Source: Candidatus Thalassarchaeum betae (GTDB lineage Archaea; Thermoplasmatota; Poseidoniia; Poseidoniales; Thalassarchaeaceae). Taken from it: DNA of 64,000 bases. Below the pieces are notes generated by a model, which ran no database searches, had not been told where the DNA came from, and saw only the letters and a list, made by a program, of their open reading frames with translations. This document shows, one piece after another, positions 37,076-46,079 of the stretch (position 1 is the first letter of the stretch; the number at the start of each line of letters is the position of its first letter). The stretch lies in the NCBI RefSeq assembly GCF_022448665.1, contig NZ_JAKUUO010000004.1; one strand, 5' to 3'. The translations under genes and the position numbers were made by a program.

Positions 37076-38617
37076 TCAGTTGCCCAGCCACATCGGCAGC
37101 GGACGATCGTAACCCACGAGGCGCAGACCACTGATAGCCGCCGTGTCGTAGTCCAAAGCGCGCAGGTTGCGGCGGGTGACCTTCTCCAGACCGTCCACGC
37201 CGAGCTCACGCATCCATCCCCTAATGGTGGAATCGAGCCAGACAAGGAGCTCCTCAAGACCCTCTTCTGGAGGTGGCGCCACGATGATAGAGCATCCTGC
37301 CGCGACTGCAATCAGTAGGTCCTCGGCGCTCGGTGCTTCGTCGAGTTCTATCAGCAGTTGGCGCCCTTGCTCGGTCAGGTTCATCGCTCTAGCGGCAAGA
37401 CCGATTCTAGGCAACGCCGATGCCGCACGCCCCCCTCCGGGGGATGCAGCGTCGATTACCGCACCATCAAGGTCCAGATCTACCACCAGTCTGAACAGGT
37501 GGTCAACCCTGTCGACGCAGTCTCGAAGCAGCACGAGAGAGTCCGGTTGCATCCTGCTTGTTATCGATACCAGTACTGCCTCTATCTCGGCGTCGTTGAG
37601 TGGTGGCAGGCTCGCTAGGTCGAGTACGACTCCGGAGCACCCTGCTAGGAGGGTAGCGCAGTCCACAAGCTCCGAATCTCCGATCAGCAGCAAATCACAC
37701 GCACGCGGCGAAGACCTGACCAGAGCAGGTTGCTCTGCTGCCATTCCTACTTCCCACTCGTAGGCCGATTCGCACTCGACCAGCCAGGGCAGTGGGAACA
37801 GCACGCCCCCTTCGTCCGAGCCGAGTGGCATCAGGAGGGTGTAGGGGTCCAAGGAGGAGTGTTCCGTCAGTCGCTCGGAGGTAGACGGGACCAGAGCGAC
37901 ACTCTCAAAGCCCTCGGCGACTGATGTCTCAGGACTCTCGGCCACAGTTGGTGCCGAGTCTGATGGGACCAGGACGAGTGCGTCCTCCTCCAAAGTCAGA
38001 CCCAAGGGCTCCAGGTGCTCTGACAGTTGTGAAATCTCGGAGGCCTCTATGCCTCGCATGGCCACTCCCTCCCCGGGCGGCGGGCAACTGCCTGCGATGA
38101 CCACTCGACCGCCAGTCATGCCTATTCCGGGCTCGGAGCCAACCGAGCCTAGGACGACCAAGGTACCCCCTCTCATCCCTGCTCCAACCATCTTGCCGGC
38201 ATGCCCGCGCACGAGGATAGTGCCTCCGGAAATACCTGCCCCCGCCTCGTCACCAGCTGAGCCTTGGACTGTGATCGCCCCACCTGTCATCCTGTACCCC
38301 AATCGATCACCGACATCCTTCTCGACTACGATACGACCGTTTTGCTGGAACGCCCCGAGCATCGACGTGCTCGAACCCCGGAGGGTGAAGGTTCCGCCGC
38401 GGTTCATTGCCCCAGCGCACTCGCCTAGGTTGCCTAGGAGGAGGACTCTGGATTTCGGTGGCAGATGCGTGATGGCGCCAATCTCCCCCTTCTTGGGCTT
38501 CTCGTCACCTCCGCGCCCCCATCCTATCCTGACTAGGAGATCCCTCTCAAGGGCCTCGGAGAGCATTCCATCGAGGTCCCGATTGAGTTTGATGCTCTTC
38601 ACAGTGACCTCGCGCAT
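37076..38617 (-). CDS. Glutamate-synthase-related protein. N-terminal GXGXG beta-helix domain (GltB C-terminal-domain-like) fused to a C-terminal region resembling the distal part of the GltS FMN domain.
   Basis: Tandem GxxGxG runs: MTGGAITVQGSAGDEAGAGISGGTILVRGHAGKMVGAGMRGGTLVVLGSVGSEPGIGMTGGRVVIAGS. The C-terminal ..SPGGGRAASALPRIGLAARAMNLTEQGRQLLIELDEAPSAEDLLIAVAAGCSIIV.. loosely parallels GltS ..GGTGASP..LPWELGL..DGGL.TGRDVVIAALLGAEE.. Confidence 0.6.
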   Translation of the reverse strand: MREVTVKSIKLNRDLDGMLSEALERDLLVRIGWGRGGDEKPKKGEIGAITHLPPKSRVLLLGNLGECAGAMNRGGTFTLRGSSTSMLGAFQQNGRIVVEKDVGDRLGYRMTGGAITVQGSAGDEAGAGISGGTILVRGHAGKMVGAGMRGGTLVVLGSVGSEPGIGMTGGRVVIAGSCPPPGEGVAMRGIEASEISQLSEHLEPLGLTLEEDALVLVPSDSAPTVAESPETSVAEGFESVALVPSTSERLTEHSSLDPYTLLMPLGSDEGGVLFPLPWLVECESAYEWEVGMAAEQPALVRSSPRACDLLLIGDSELVDCATLLAGCSGVVLDLASLPPLNDAEIEAVLVSITSRMQPDSLVLLRDCVDRVDHLFRLVVDLDLDGAVIDAASPGGGRAASALPRIGLAARAMNLTEQGRQLLIELDEAPSAEDLLIAVAAGCSIIVAPPPEEGLEELLVWLDSTIRGWMRELGVDGLEKVTRRNLRALDYDTAAISGLRLVGYDRPLPMWLGN

Positions 38618-38785
38618 GGCCCTCCCTGCTCGGACGTAGTGCTAGTAGTCTTCATTCTGACGGGCAGTGGAGCTCTGCAAGGGTGCTTAGACGTGTATTC
38701 CCGACCTGCGGGGCAAGGGTCATGTTGATAGAGGGCAGTCAAGGGCGACAAATCGCCGAAAGCGGCACTTTGCGGGGTTATTGGG

Positions 38786-39820
38786 TTGATCAAAGTAGCC
38801 ATTAACGGGTACGGGACAATAGGCAAAAGAGTCGCCGACGCAATTGACGCCCAAGATGACATGACTGTCGTCGGCGTCACCAAGACCGGACCCAGCTTCG
38901 GTTGCAAACTCGCTGCGAAGAAGGGATTCCCCCTGTACTGCACGACCGACGACCCCGAGCGCATCTCCTCGTTCTCCTCAGGCGGCTACCAGTGCCACGG
39001 CGGGCTGTCCGAACTCCTCTCTATCGCCGACATCGTCGTCGACTGCTCACCAGGCAAGACGGGTACCGACAATCTGGCGAAATACAAGGCTGCAGGCATC
39101 AAGCACCTGTTCCAGGGCGGGGAGAAGCACTCTCTGACCGGTCTGTCGTATTCCTCCTGCGCTAATCACGATGAGAACCTCGGCTCAGATGGTTCCCGTG
39201 TGGTCTCATGCAATACCACAGGACTCTCGCGCACACTGGTCCCACTCTATGACCACTGCGGCTCGCTCAAGGTCGAGTGCACAATGATTCGTCGGGCCGC
39301 TGACCCCGGGGACTCGAAGAAGGGCCCCATAAACGCCATCAAACCCGTTCTCAAGGTGCCCAGTCACCACGGCCCAGACGTCATGACCGTCAAGCCTGAA
39401 ATCGAAATCAACTCGTTAGCGGTCGCCGTGCCCACTACTCTGATGCACGTCCACGCCATCATCGCCGACCTACCTGAGGGTCACGGACTGACTACAGAGT
39501 CAATAGTCGAGATGTGGAAGGGGACGCCGAGAGTCATCGTCATGCACGGTCAGGCAGACCGTATTACTACCACCGCCGAGGTTATGGAAATGGCACGCGA
39601 CATAGGCCGCAAGTGGGGCGATCTGCATGAGATATTTGTCTGGGAGGATGGAGTCAGGCTGGTCGGTGACCGGCTGTACTATTTCCAAGCCATCCACCAA
39701 GAGAGCGATGTCATCCCCGAGAACGTTGATTGCATCCGCGCGCTGATGGGCACGGAGCCTAACTGGCGGGCCTCGGTGGCCAAGACCGACAAGGCAATTT
39801 CGGACTACTACGGCATCTGA
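38786..39820 (+). CDS. gap: Glyceraldehyde-3-phosphate dehydrogenase, archaeal type II. TTG start.
   Basis: MIKVAINGYGTIGKRVADAI and VSCNTTGLSRTL (catalytic Cys region). The first in-frame start codon is TTG at 38786. Confidence 0.9.
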   Translation: MIKVAINGYGTIGKRVADAIDAQDDMTVVGVTKTGPSFGCKLAAKKGFPLYCTTDDPERISSFSSGGYQCHGGLSELLSIADIVVDCSPGKTGTDNLAKYKAAGIKHLFQGGEKHSLTGLSYSSCANHDENLGSDGSRVVSCNTTGLSRTLVPLYDHCGSLKVECTMIRRAADPGDSKKGPINAIKPVLKVPSHHGPDVMTVKPEIEINSLAVAVPTTLMHVHAIIADLPEGHGLTTESIVEMWKGTPRVIVMHGQADRITTTAEVMEMARDIGRKWGDLHEIFVWEDGVRLVGDRLYYFQAIHQESDVIPENVDCIRALMGTEPNWRASVAKTDKAISDYYGI

Positions 39821-39858
39821 GAACTACTCACGGTCGCGAGCACGCGCGTACAGCCAGC

Positions 39859-42800
39859 ATGAATGGTCAAAAAGGCCCCGTAAGTCGGCTGTTATGCATG
39901 ACTAGCATACGCTCGGTCATTACTGTACTCTCTGTACTCCTACTCTCCACATGGGGAGGGGTGCTGGCCAGCGCCTCCGACGGTGCAGGAACACCGGTCT
40001 CCGAGGCAGATGATACAGCCTCAGACGAGCACCATTCATGGACCTCGATATCTCTCGCCACCGCCTCGACTTATCCATTGCGAGAGGCCTCTGGGGTGAT
40101 TCACTCTCCGTTCGGCTCATTTGACCCGACAGTGGACATGATTCCACTCGGCCCCGAGAGCCTGTACGACCCCTCTGCCATGCAACGCACTGGGATGATC
40201 CTGGTTCAGTCCAACAGCGCGGACATTAGTGCGCTGCAAGATTCCCTTTCCGACTGGGGCCTCGCTGTAATCGATGTCGTCCCCGACGACACATTGGTCA
40301 TCCGCGTGGACCCCGAGCGCGTTCACGGCATAATCGACGAACTCGGCAAAATGTCCAGCGTTAGGTGGATCGGCCAGCTACCTATCGCTTGGAGAGTCTC
40401 TTCGGAATTGGTTCCGCTGGCAGGTCGTCAGGGGATTGTAGTGGATCTCGATGTCGTTCCGTCACCCGACCTCAGATTCGATGAGCTTGCGGCCCTTTCA
40501 CAGGACCTCGAGTTGATTTCGGGAGAGATTGGCCCCCGGGGTGTCTGTGACGCCTACCTGTGCCAGCCCCGTTCAGTCGATGCCCTTTGGATACCGGTAC
40601 TCGCAATGGACGGCAGGATACTCCACATCGGCTCAGCCTCACAAATCGTCATCCACAACGACAACGCACGTACCATAGGGGGCATCGACTCAGCTCTGCT
40701 GAGCTCTGACGGAACATTGAACGGCAGCGGTGAAGTTCTAGCCATCTCCGACACCGGGCTCGACGGCGACCACGGTGACTTTGAAAACCGCATCCGGGCC
40801 ATATACGACCAGTTCGGCCCTGACAACTCGCATATGGACAGGAACAGCGGGCATGGCACTCACGTGACCGCGACCCTTCTGGGAGACGGCTCGGGAGACT
40901 CGGCCACGATGGGCATGGTCCCTGCCGCGACCTTCCACTTCTACCAGCTCGAGGCTGACAGTTCCGGATTGCTCGCCCGCTGGGGCTCGCTCTACGATAT
41001 GTTCAGTCACTCATGGCAGAACAGCGCGCGAATCCAGACCAACAGCTGGGGCAACGAGAATCTGGTCGGTGAGTACAGCTCCGACTCGAGGTCCGCCGAC
41101 TCCTTCCTCGTGGACTACCCTAGGTTCCTAGTACTCTTCTCCGCAGGCGACTTGGGCTCCAGTGGCGCGAACAGCGTCACGCCCCCCGGGACAGCGAAGA
41201 ACGTCCTGACTGTGGGGGCCTCCACAACGGGTGCTTACGGAAGCACGGCCGAAGGTGCCGTCGCCGGCTCCTCCTCCAGAGGAACCACTCTGGACGGGCG
41301 CATCAAGCCTGACCTAGTCGCGCCCGGTGTGTCGATCTGCTCGGCTAGGGCCGAGGAGGCTCAGTTCGCCAACGGTGGTCCGTGCTCCAGCGCCACTCAC
41401 AGCGATGGCACCACCCCGCTGTACATGACGCTCAACGGCTCTTCGATGGCAACTCCGGTCGTCGCAGGCGCGGCCACCATGGTCCGGCAGTACCTCAGGG
41501 AGTCAGAAGGGATTAGCGAGCCACGCTCTGACCTGATCCGAGCCATACTCATCAATGGGGCCGAAGATCTTGGTAATCCAGATATTCCAAACGCATTAGA
41601 GGGATGGGGGCAGCTAGATCTGCAACAGAGTCTGTATCCATCTTCCAATGACGGTTTTGAAGACTGGAGCCTCGATTTATTCTACGACGACACCAGGGAA
41701 CTCCTCCCGGGCCACAGTTTCGTTTACACATTTGAGATGTCCAATGATGCCAGAATGGGCCTGGACATTACATTGGTATGGAATGACAGGGAGGGTTCAG
41801 CAATCGCTAACCAGAGCGCACCTAGGTTGGTCAATGACCTCGACCTGAGAGTGACCTCACCCAACGGCATTGTCTATGTCGGCAATAGTTTCTCCAACGG
41901 GTTCAGTGCCCCGGGCGGCGGCAGCGAGGACCGGCTCAACAACGTGGAGAGGATACGCCTCCCCACCAACAACGGCGAGGTTCCCGGAACCGGCACTTGG
42001 ACTGTCGAGGTCGGCCACGCCGGGGGGACGCTGCAGGACTACGCTATCGTGCTGACCGGGCTGGCCACCGAGTTGGAGCAGTCGGATCTGACTGTGTTTG
42101 AGGGCTCTCTGTCGAGCTCCGTTGAGAGCCCCCTGCAAGGCGACACCCTCCTCATCGAGGCCGCTTGGAAGAACCAGGCCGCAGCGCCCACCGGCACCTA
42201 CTCGGTCGAGATTGAGGACATCACTGACGGAGTCGTCATGCACACCTCTGAGCAATCCTCGTTGGGCGGGGGGATGCTGGACTCACTGTCGTTCCCGTAC
42301 GCCTTCTCCACCACAGGCCTGCACACGTTGGAGTTGAGGCTGGACTCGACATCAGAGGTCAACGAGTTGAATGACGAGTCTAACGGTGTCGACAACAATC
42401 GCATTCTCCTCCACATCAACGTCTCGCAGATAGGCGTCCGACTCACGCCCCTGATGGAGGATGGCACGGTGCCCAGCACTCCGGCTGAGTTGAGTCAGGC
42501 CAAGACCCGCACACTGGATCCGAGGACGAGTAGCTGGGTGCTGTTCGAGCTCGAGATGCGCAATGAGGGAACCTCGCAGATATCGGTCGGACTGAGCGTC
42601 TCGCCAGTGCAGAGGCTGGACAATGACGGCGTCATGTACCAGCCTCGGGACGAGTGGTGGAAGCTGGTTAACGAGACCGGGCCGTGGACCCTAGCTCCCT
42701 TCGGAGAGGAAGGCGACCGCATCGTGGTCACCCTGAACATGTCCGACATGGACACCGACCTCTCAAATCCAGATGATGCTGTATACGCGCTTCCTGGGAC

Positions 42801-44718
42801 CTTCATTTCCGACTTGAACCTCTTCGATACCAATGCCCCAACTATAGCTCACAGCATCAGACTCACAGCTATAGTGGAACGTGTTGAGGGACTGTTCACG
42901 TTAATCGCCGGCACGGAGGGTCTGGGCGCCGAGCCCGGGGACTTCGCCGTATTCTCGCTCTCCATCAAGAACACAGGCAACGGCCCGACGCAGTACACAG
43001 TCAGCTGCGAAACCCCTGAGCGCTGGACCATACACCTCGGCAACAGCCAGTCTTCCGAACTGACGCTCGAGCCGCTGAACCGTCTGCAGTTCCTGCCACT
43101 GCCGATTCGCATCAGAGTCCCCTCTGCTCAAGACGGAGAGCCTGCGGCAGGAACCACCGAGGATGTCGAGTGCATCACCACCTCGGTCAATGACCCGACT
43201 CTGGAGACAACCGAGCAAACCGTCGTTGCAGTCTTTGAGAGCCTCGACTTCTCTCCGGAGCTGTTCGATTCCGAAGGAGTCGCGTTAGGCCCCCTGGCTC
43301 TCGCCCAGCCCCGCCCAGTCTTGAACAGCGACACCGTCACAACTGAACTGGTCGTCTCCAATGACGGCAACGTGCCGATGCAGTTCGTAGTACAGGCATT
43401 CTCGTCCCTGAACACCTGGCCCATCCAGCTCACCGAGGGCTCCAACGTGCAATCCGAGGAGATCGCATTTGCCATCCCCGCTGGCTCGTCGGCGACCGTC
43501 TCCATCGTCACCATCGTCCCCCCTGCTGCAGAGATGGGGGACTCTAACACCATCACCATACGGACGACCCTCGCTGACGGCCCTACCGTAACCAACGCCA
43601 CCCGCCTCATGGTACAGGAGATAGCGGCTCTGGACCTATCATGGAACTACACCATGTTAATCGCTCTAGGAGTGCCCGGGATCGCAGACATACACGCACA
43701 CAACACCGGCAATGTCGAGCTCGATGTCAGCCTGACAATGGGGACCCTTCCTGCAGACTGGTCAGGCGGATTCCTGTCCGGCAGGGACTTCTCGATGGGG
43801 ATGAACCAAGAGGCCACCATAGCAGTGGGCATCGACCTGCCGGGAAGCCTGCCAGCAGGTCCTCTTGAACAGATTGTCTCAGTCATCATCGAAGCCACAA
43901 CCCCAAGCGGCGAGACCTCCGTATACACTGTCGAGATGACCGTCGAGGTTGTCCCTTCGATCTGGATCGTCCTATCTTGCGAATCGACTTCAATCGAGGA
44001 CATCTCCTCCGATGGCGACACCTTCGAAGTAGTAGTTACCAATCGCGGCAACTCTTTCGCAGAGGTGCTGCTAGTGGGGATCGGCCCCACTGATTGGGAC
44101 GTTCAATTAAGTCAGGGACTAATCTCATTGGATGCTGGGGAATCTGCTGCGGTGACAGTATCAGCAACCCCTAGTGATGACGCCGCAAATGGTCTGACTG
44201 AGATAACATTCGTTGCAAACGCTACCGGTTCCCAGGGCGGTCTTGCTACGATTACTGATGGAACTCTGCAGGTCGGGATTAGTAAGTCTAGGGACTCGAC
44301 TAGTGGCGGCCTCGGCGGCCTGCTTGATTACCTAGGTCTACCTAGTTGGACCTTGGCGCTCATCTTCCTCGTTCTGCTGGGCTCGGCGGTGGCCACAGGC
44401 GTCAGGATGCGCAGATCCTCTGAGTCGTCGCTTAGGCCCGAGGAGGAGTTGATTCCACCCGGCTCCGCCCTTCTAGCCGGAAGCCAGTCCGAGCGCAAGG
44501 CGGCTGCTCTGGACACTTCCGTCTCGGGTGAGGTATTGACTGGCGGAGTCAGTGACGAGGAGATACAATCCACCATCGCCCAGTCGTCACCGTCTCTGAA
44601 GCCACCTTCGTCCTCGGAAGGGGCCCCTCCGCTTCCGATCGGCGGGCTCCCTGAGGGCTGGACAATGGAACAGTGGGTAGCCTACGGCCACCTGTGGTGG
44701 GAGCAGAACAAGCCATAG
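39859..44718 (+). CDS. Giant (1619 aa) subtilisin-like serine peptidase (S8). Signal peptide, catalytic domain, multiple beta-sandwich/adhesion-like domains, a C-terminal TM helix and a roughly 95-aa cytoplasmic tail.
   Basis: Asp DTGLDGDHGDF, His HGTHVTATLLG, Ser GSSMATPVVAGAATMV. TM TLALIFLVLLGSAVATGV followed by RMRRSS..GLPEGWTMEQWVAYGHLWWEQNKP. Confidence 0.85.
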   Translation: MNGQKGPVSRLLCMTSIRSVITVLSVLLLSTWGGVLASASDGAGTPVSEADDTASDEHHSWTSISLATASTYPLREASGVIHSPFGSFDPTVDMIPLGPESLYDPSAMQRTGMILVQSNSADISALQDSLSDWGLAVIDVVPDDTLVIRVDPERVHGIIDELGKMSSVRWIGQLPIAWRVSSELVPLAGRQGIVVDLDVVPSPDLRFDELAALSQDLELISGEIGPRGVCDAYLCQPRSVDALWIPVLAMDGRILHIGSASQIVIHNDNARTIGGIDSALLSSDGTLNGSGEVLAISDTGLDGDHGDFENRIRAIYDQFGPDNSHMDRNSGHGTHVTATLLGDGSGDSATMGMVPAATFHFYQLEADSSGLLARWGSLYDMFSHSWQNSARIQTNSWGNENLVGEYSSDSRSADSFLVDYPRFLVLFSAGDLGSSGANSVTPPGTAKNVLTVGASTTGAYGSTAEGAVAGSSSRGTTLDGRIKPDLVAPGVSICSARAEEAQFANGGPCSSATHSDGTTPLYMTLNGSSMATPVVAGAATMVRQYLRESEGISEPRSDLIRAILINGAEDLGNPDIPNALEGWGQLDLQQSLYPSSNDGFEDWSLDLFYDDTRELLPGHSFVYTFEMSNDARMGLDITLVWNDREGSAIANQSAPRLVNDLDLRVTSPNGIVYVGNSFSNGFSAPGGGSEDRLNNVERIRLPTNNGEVPGTGTWTVEVGHAGGTLQDYAIVLTGLATELEQSDLTVFEGSLSSSVESPLQGDTLLIEAAWKNQAAAPTGTYSVEIEDITDGVVMHTSEQSSLGGGMLDSLSFPYAFSTTGLHTLELRLDSTSEVNELNDESNGVDNNRILLHINVSQIGVRLTPLMEDGTVPSTPAELSQAKTRTLDPRTSSWVLFELEMRNEGTSQISVGLSVSPVQRLDNDGVMYQPRDEWWKLVNETGPWTLAPFGEEGDRIVVTLNMSDMDTDLSNPDDAVYALPGTFISDLNLFDTNAPTIAHSIRLTAIVERVEGLFTLIAGTEGLGAEPGDFAVFSLSIKNTGNGPTQYTVSCETPERWTIHLGNSQSSELTLEPLNRLQFLPLPIRIRVPSAQDGEPAAGTTEDVECITTSVNDPTLETTEQTVVAVFESLDFSPELFDSEGVALGPLALAQPRPVLNSDTVTTELVVSNDGNVPMQFVVQAFSSLNTWPIQLTEGSNVQSEEIAFAIPAGSSATVSIVTIVPPAAEMGDSNTITIRTTLADGPTVTNATRLMVQEIAALDLSWNYTMLIALGVPGIADIHAHNTGNVELDVSLTMGTLPADWSGGFLSGRDFSMGMNQEATIAVGIDLPGSLPAGPLEQIVSVIIEATTPSGETSVYTVEMTVEVVPSIWIVLSCESTSIEDISSDGDTFEVVVTNRGNSFAEVLLVGIGPTDWDVQLSQGLISLDAGESAAVTVSATPSDDAANGLTEITFVANATGSQGGLATITDGTLQVGISKSRDSTSGGLGGLLDYLGLPSWTLALIFLVLLGSAVATGVRMRRSSESSLRPEEELIPPGSALLAGSQSERKAAALDTSVSGEVLTGGVSDEEIQSTIAQSSPSLKPPSSSEGAPPLPIGGLPEGWTMEQWVAYGHLWWEQNKP

Positions 44719-44759
44719 GCTGCGCTTGACTTATCACCCACGCCACTCCCGTCGAGCCG

Positions 44760-45386
44760 ATGAGCGGCTCGATTGTACTGTTCGGCCCCCCCGGCGCGGG
44801 CAAGGGCACCCAGGCGGGCAGAATCACCGTACTGACCGGGAAGCCCTGGGTATCTACGGGCGATATGCTCCGCGCGGCCGTGGCCGCCGGCTCCGAGCTT
44901 GGGACAGAAGCCAAGGGCTACATGGACGCCGGACTGCTCGTTCCCGATGGCATCATCATCGGTCTGATCGTCGAGCGGCTGCAACATGATGATGCATCAT
45001 CAGGGGTTCTGCTCGACGGCTACCCCCGTACAATCCCCCAGGCCGAGGCCCTGTCGGAGGTGGCAGTGGTCTCCGCTGTCATCTCAATCGAGGTCTCGGA
45101 CGATGCGATAGTCGAACGCATCGTCGGCAGGAGGATGGATCCTGAAACCGGAGGAATCTACCACGTTTCCTTCAACCCACCACCTCCTGAGGTTTCCGGA
45201 CGTCTCATACAGCGTGAGGACGACAACGAGCAGACTGTGAGGAACAGGCTCTCGGCCTACCATGAGCAGACAGCCCCCTTGGCCGAATGGTACGCACAGA
45301 TGGGCCTACTAATCAGCATCAATGGAAACGCCTCGATAGATGAGGTCGGCATGGCAATAGAGGAAGCCCTCTCCGGTGCTCTGTGA
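44760..45386 (+). CDS. adk: Adenylate kinase
   Basis: P-loop IVLFGPPGAGKGTQAG and the ..GDMLRAAV.. region. Confidence 0.9.
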   Translation: MSGSIVLFGPPGAGKGTQAGRITVLTGKPWVSTGDMLRAAVAAGSELGTEAKGYMDAGLLVPDGIIIGLIVERLQHDDASSGVLLDGYPRTIPQAEALSEVAVVSAVISIEVSDDAIVERIVGRRMDPETGGIYHVSFNPPPPEVSGRLIQREDDNEQTVRNRLSAYHEQTAPLAEWYAQMGLLISINGNASIDEVGMAIEEALSGAL

Positions 45387-45393
45387 GGTCAAG

Positions 45394-45732
45394 ATGTCGA
45401 AGCAGCGCCGTAGGAGCAGAGGGGATGCTAAGAGGAAGGGAAGGGCCTTGAGGGCCGTCAATGACCTCTCATCCTTACTGAATGACTCAGATTCCGTCGA
45501 CCCTCGGCTCGCTGATGCCGCTGCTCGGGACATCCTCCGCATAGGCAAGCGTCATGGCGAGCGCCCGGACTCTGACACTTCGAGGTTAATCTGCAGAGGA
45601 TGCGAATCCGCGCTAATACCAGGGCGCACAGCCCGAACCCGAATCTCGAGGGGCAGACTCATCGTTACCTGTGAGAACTGCGGTAGAATCGAACGCTCGG
45701 GCCCGGACTTCTCGAGAGGTGATTCGGATTAG
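45394..45732 (+). CDS. rnp4: RNase P protein component 4 (Rpp21/Rpr2 family zinc-ribbon protein)
   Basis: Basic N-terminus MSKQRRRSRGDAKRKGR. Zinc ribbon ICRGCESALIPGRTARTRI...VTCENCGRIER. The ORF track starts at 45376, overlapping adk; the internal ATG at 45394 is preferred. Confidence 0.6.
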   Translation: MSKQRRRSRGDAKRKGRALRAVNDLSSLLNDSDSVDPRLADAAARDILRIGKRHGERPDSDTSRLICRGCESALIPGRTARTRISRGRLIVTCENCGRIERSGPDFSRGDSD

Positions 45733-46006
45733 TTCCAGCATCCCAGACTCAGTGCTGCGCCAAGCCAAGGACAAGGCGACAGCAGTCACCGTCAGAGTCG
45801 GTAAGGATGGAATCACCGACTCGGTGATCCAAGAACTCAGCGATCAACTCTCCAATCGAGGCCTGGTGAAGGCGAAGGCTAACCGAGGGGTGGCCAATAG
45901 CTCTGCAGAGAGGTCCGAGATGTTCAGACTCCTTGCCGAATCCACCGGTTCCACAATGGTTCACATCCGAGGAAACGTCGCAGTATTCTGGTCTGGCAAG
46001 AACTAG
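45719..46006 (+). CDS. YhbY/CRS1-type CRM-domain RNA-binding protein
   Basis: VRVGKDGITDSVIQELSDQLSNRGLVKAKA matches the YhbY lGsnGlTegVl.Ei..aL..HELiKVKi pattern. GTG start at 45719 overlaps the Rpp21 stop by 14 nt. Confidence 0.6.
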   Translation: MIRISSSIPDSVLRQAKDKATAVTVRVGKDGITDSVIQELSDQLSNRGLVKAKANRGVANSSAERSEMFRLLAESTGSTMVHIRGNVAVFWSGKN

Positions 46007-46024
46007 TTAGTGAAAACTATCCTC

Positions 46025-46044
46025 TGCGAGGATAGCCTGCCATG
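46025..46044 (+). terminator. Hairpin ctatcctc-tgcg-gaggatag (8-bp stem) 18 nt after the yhbY-like stop
   Basis: Perfect inverted repeat read directly. Confidence 0.3.
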
Positions 46045-46079
46045 CTCACTTATTTAGAGGCGTTAAGGCTGGCCGAGCC

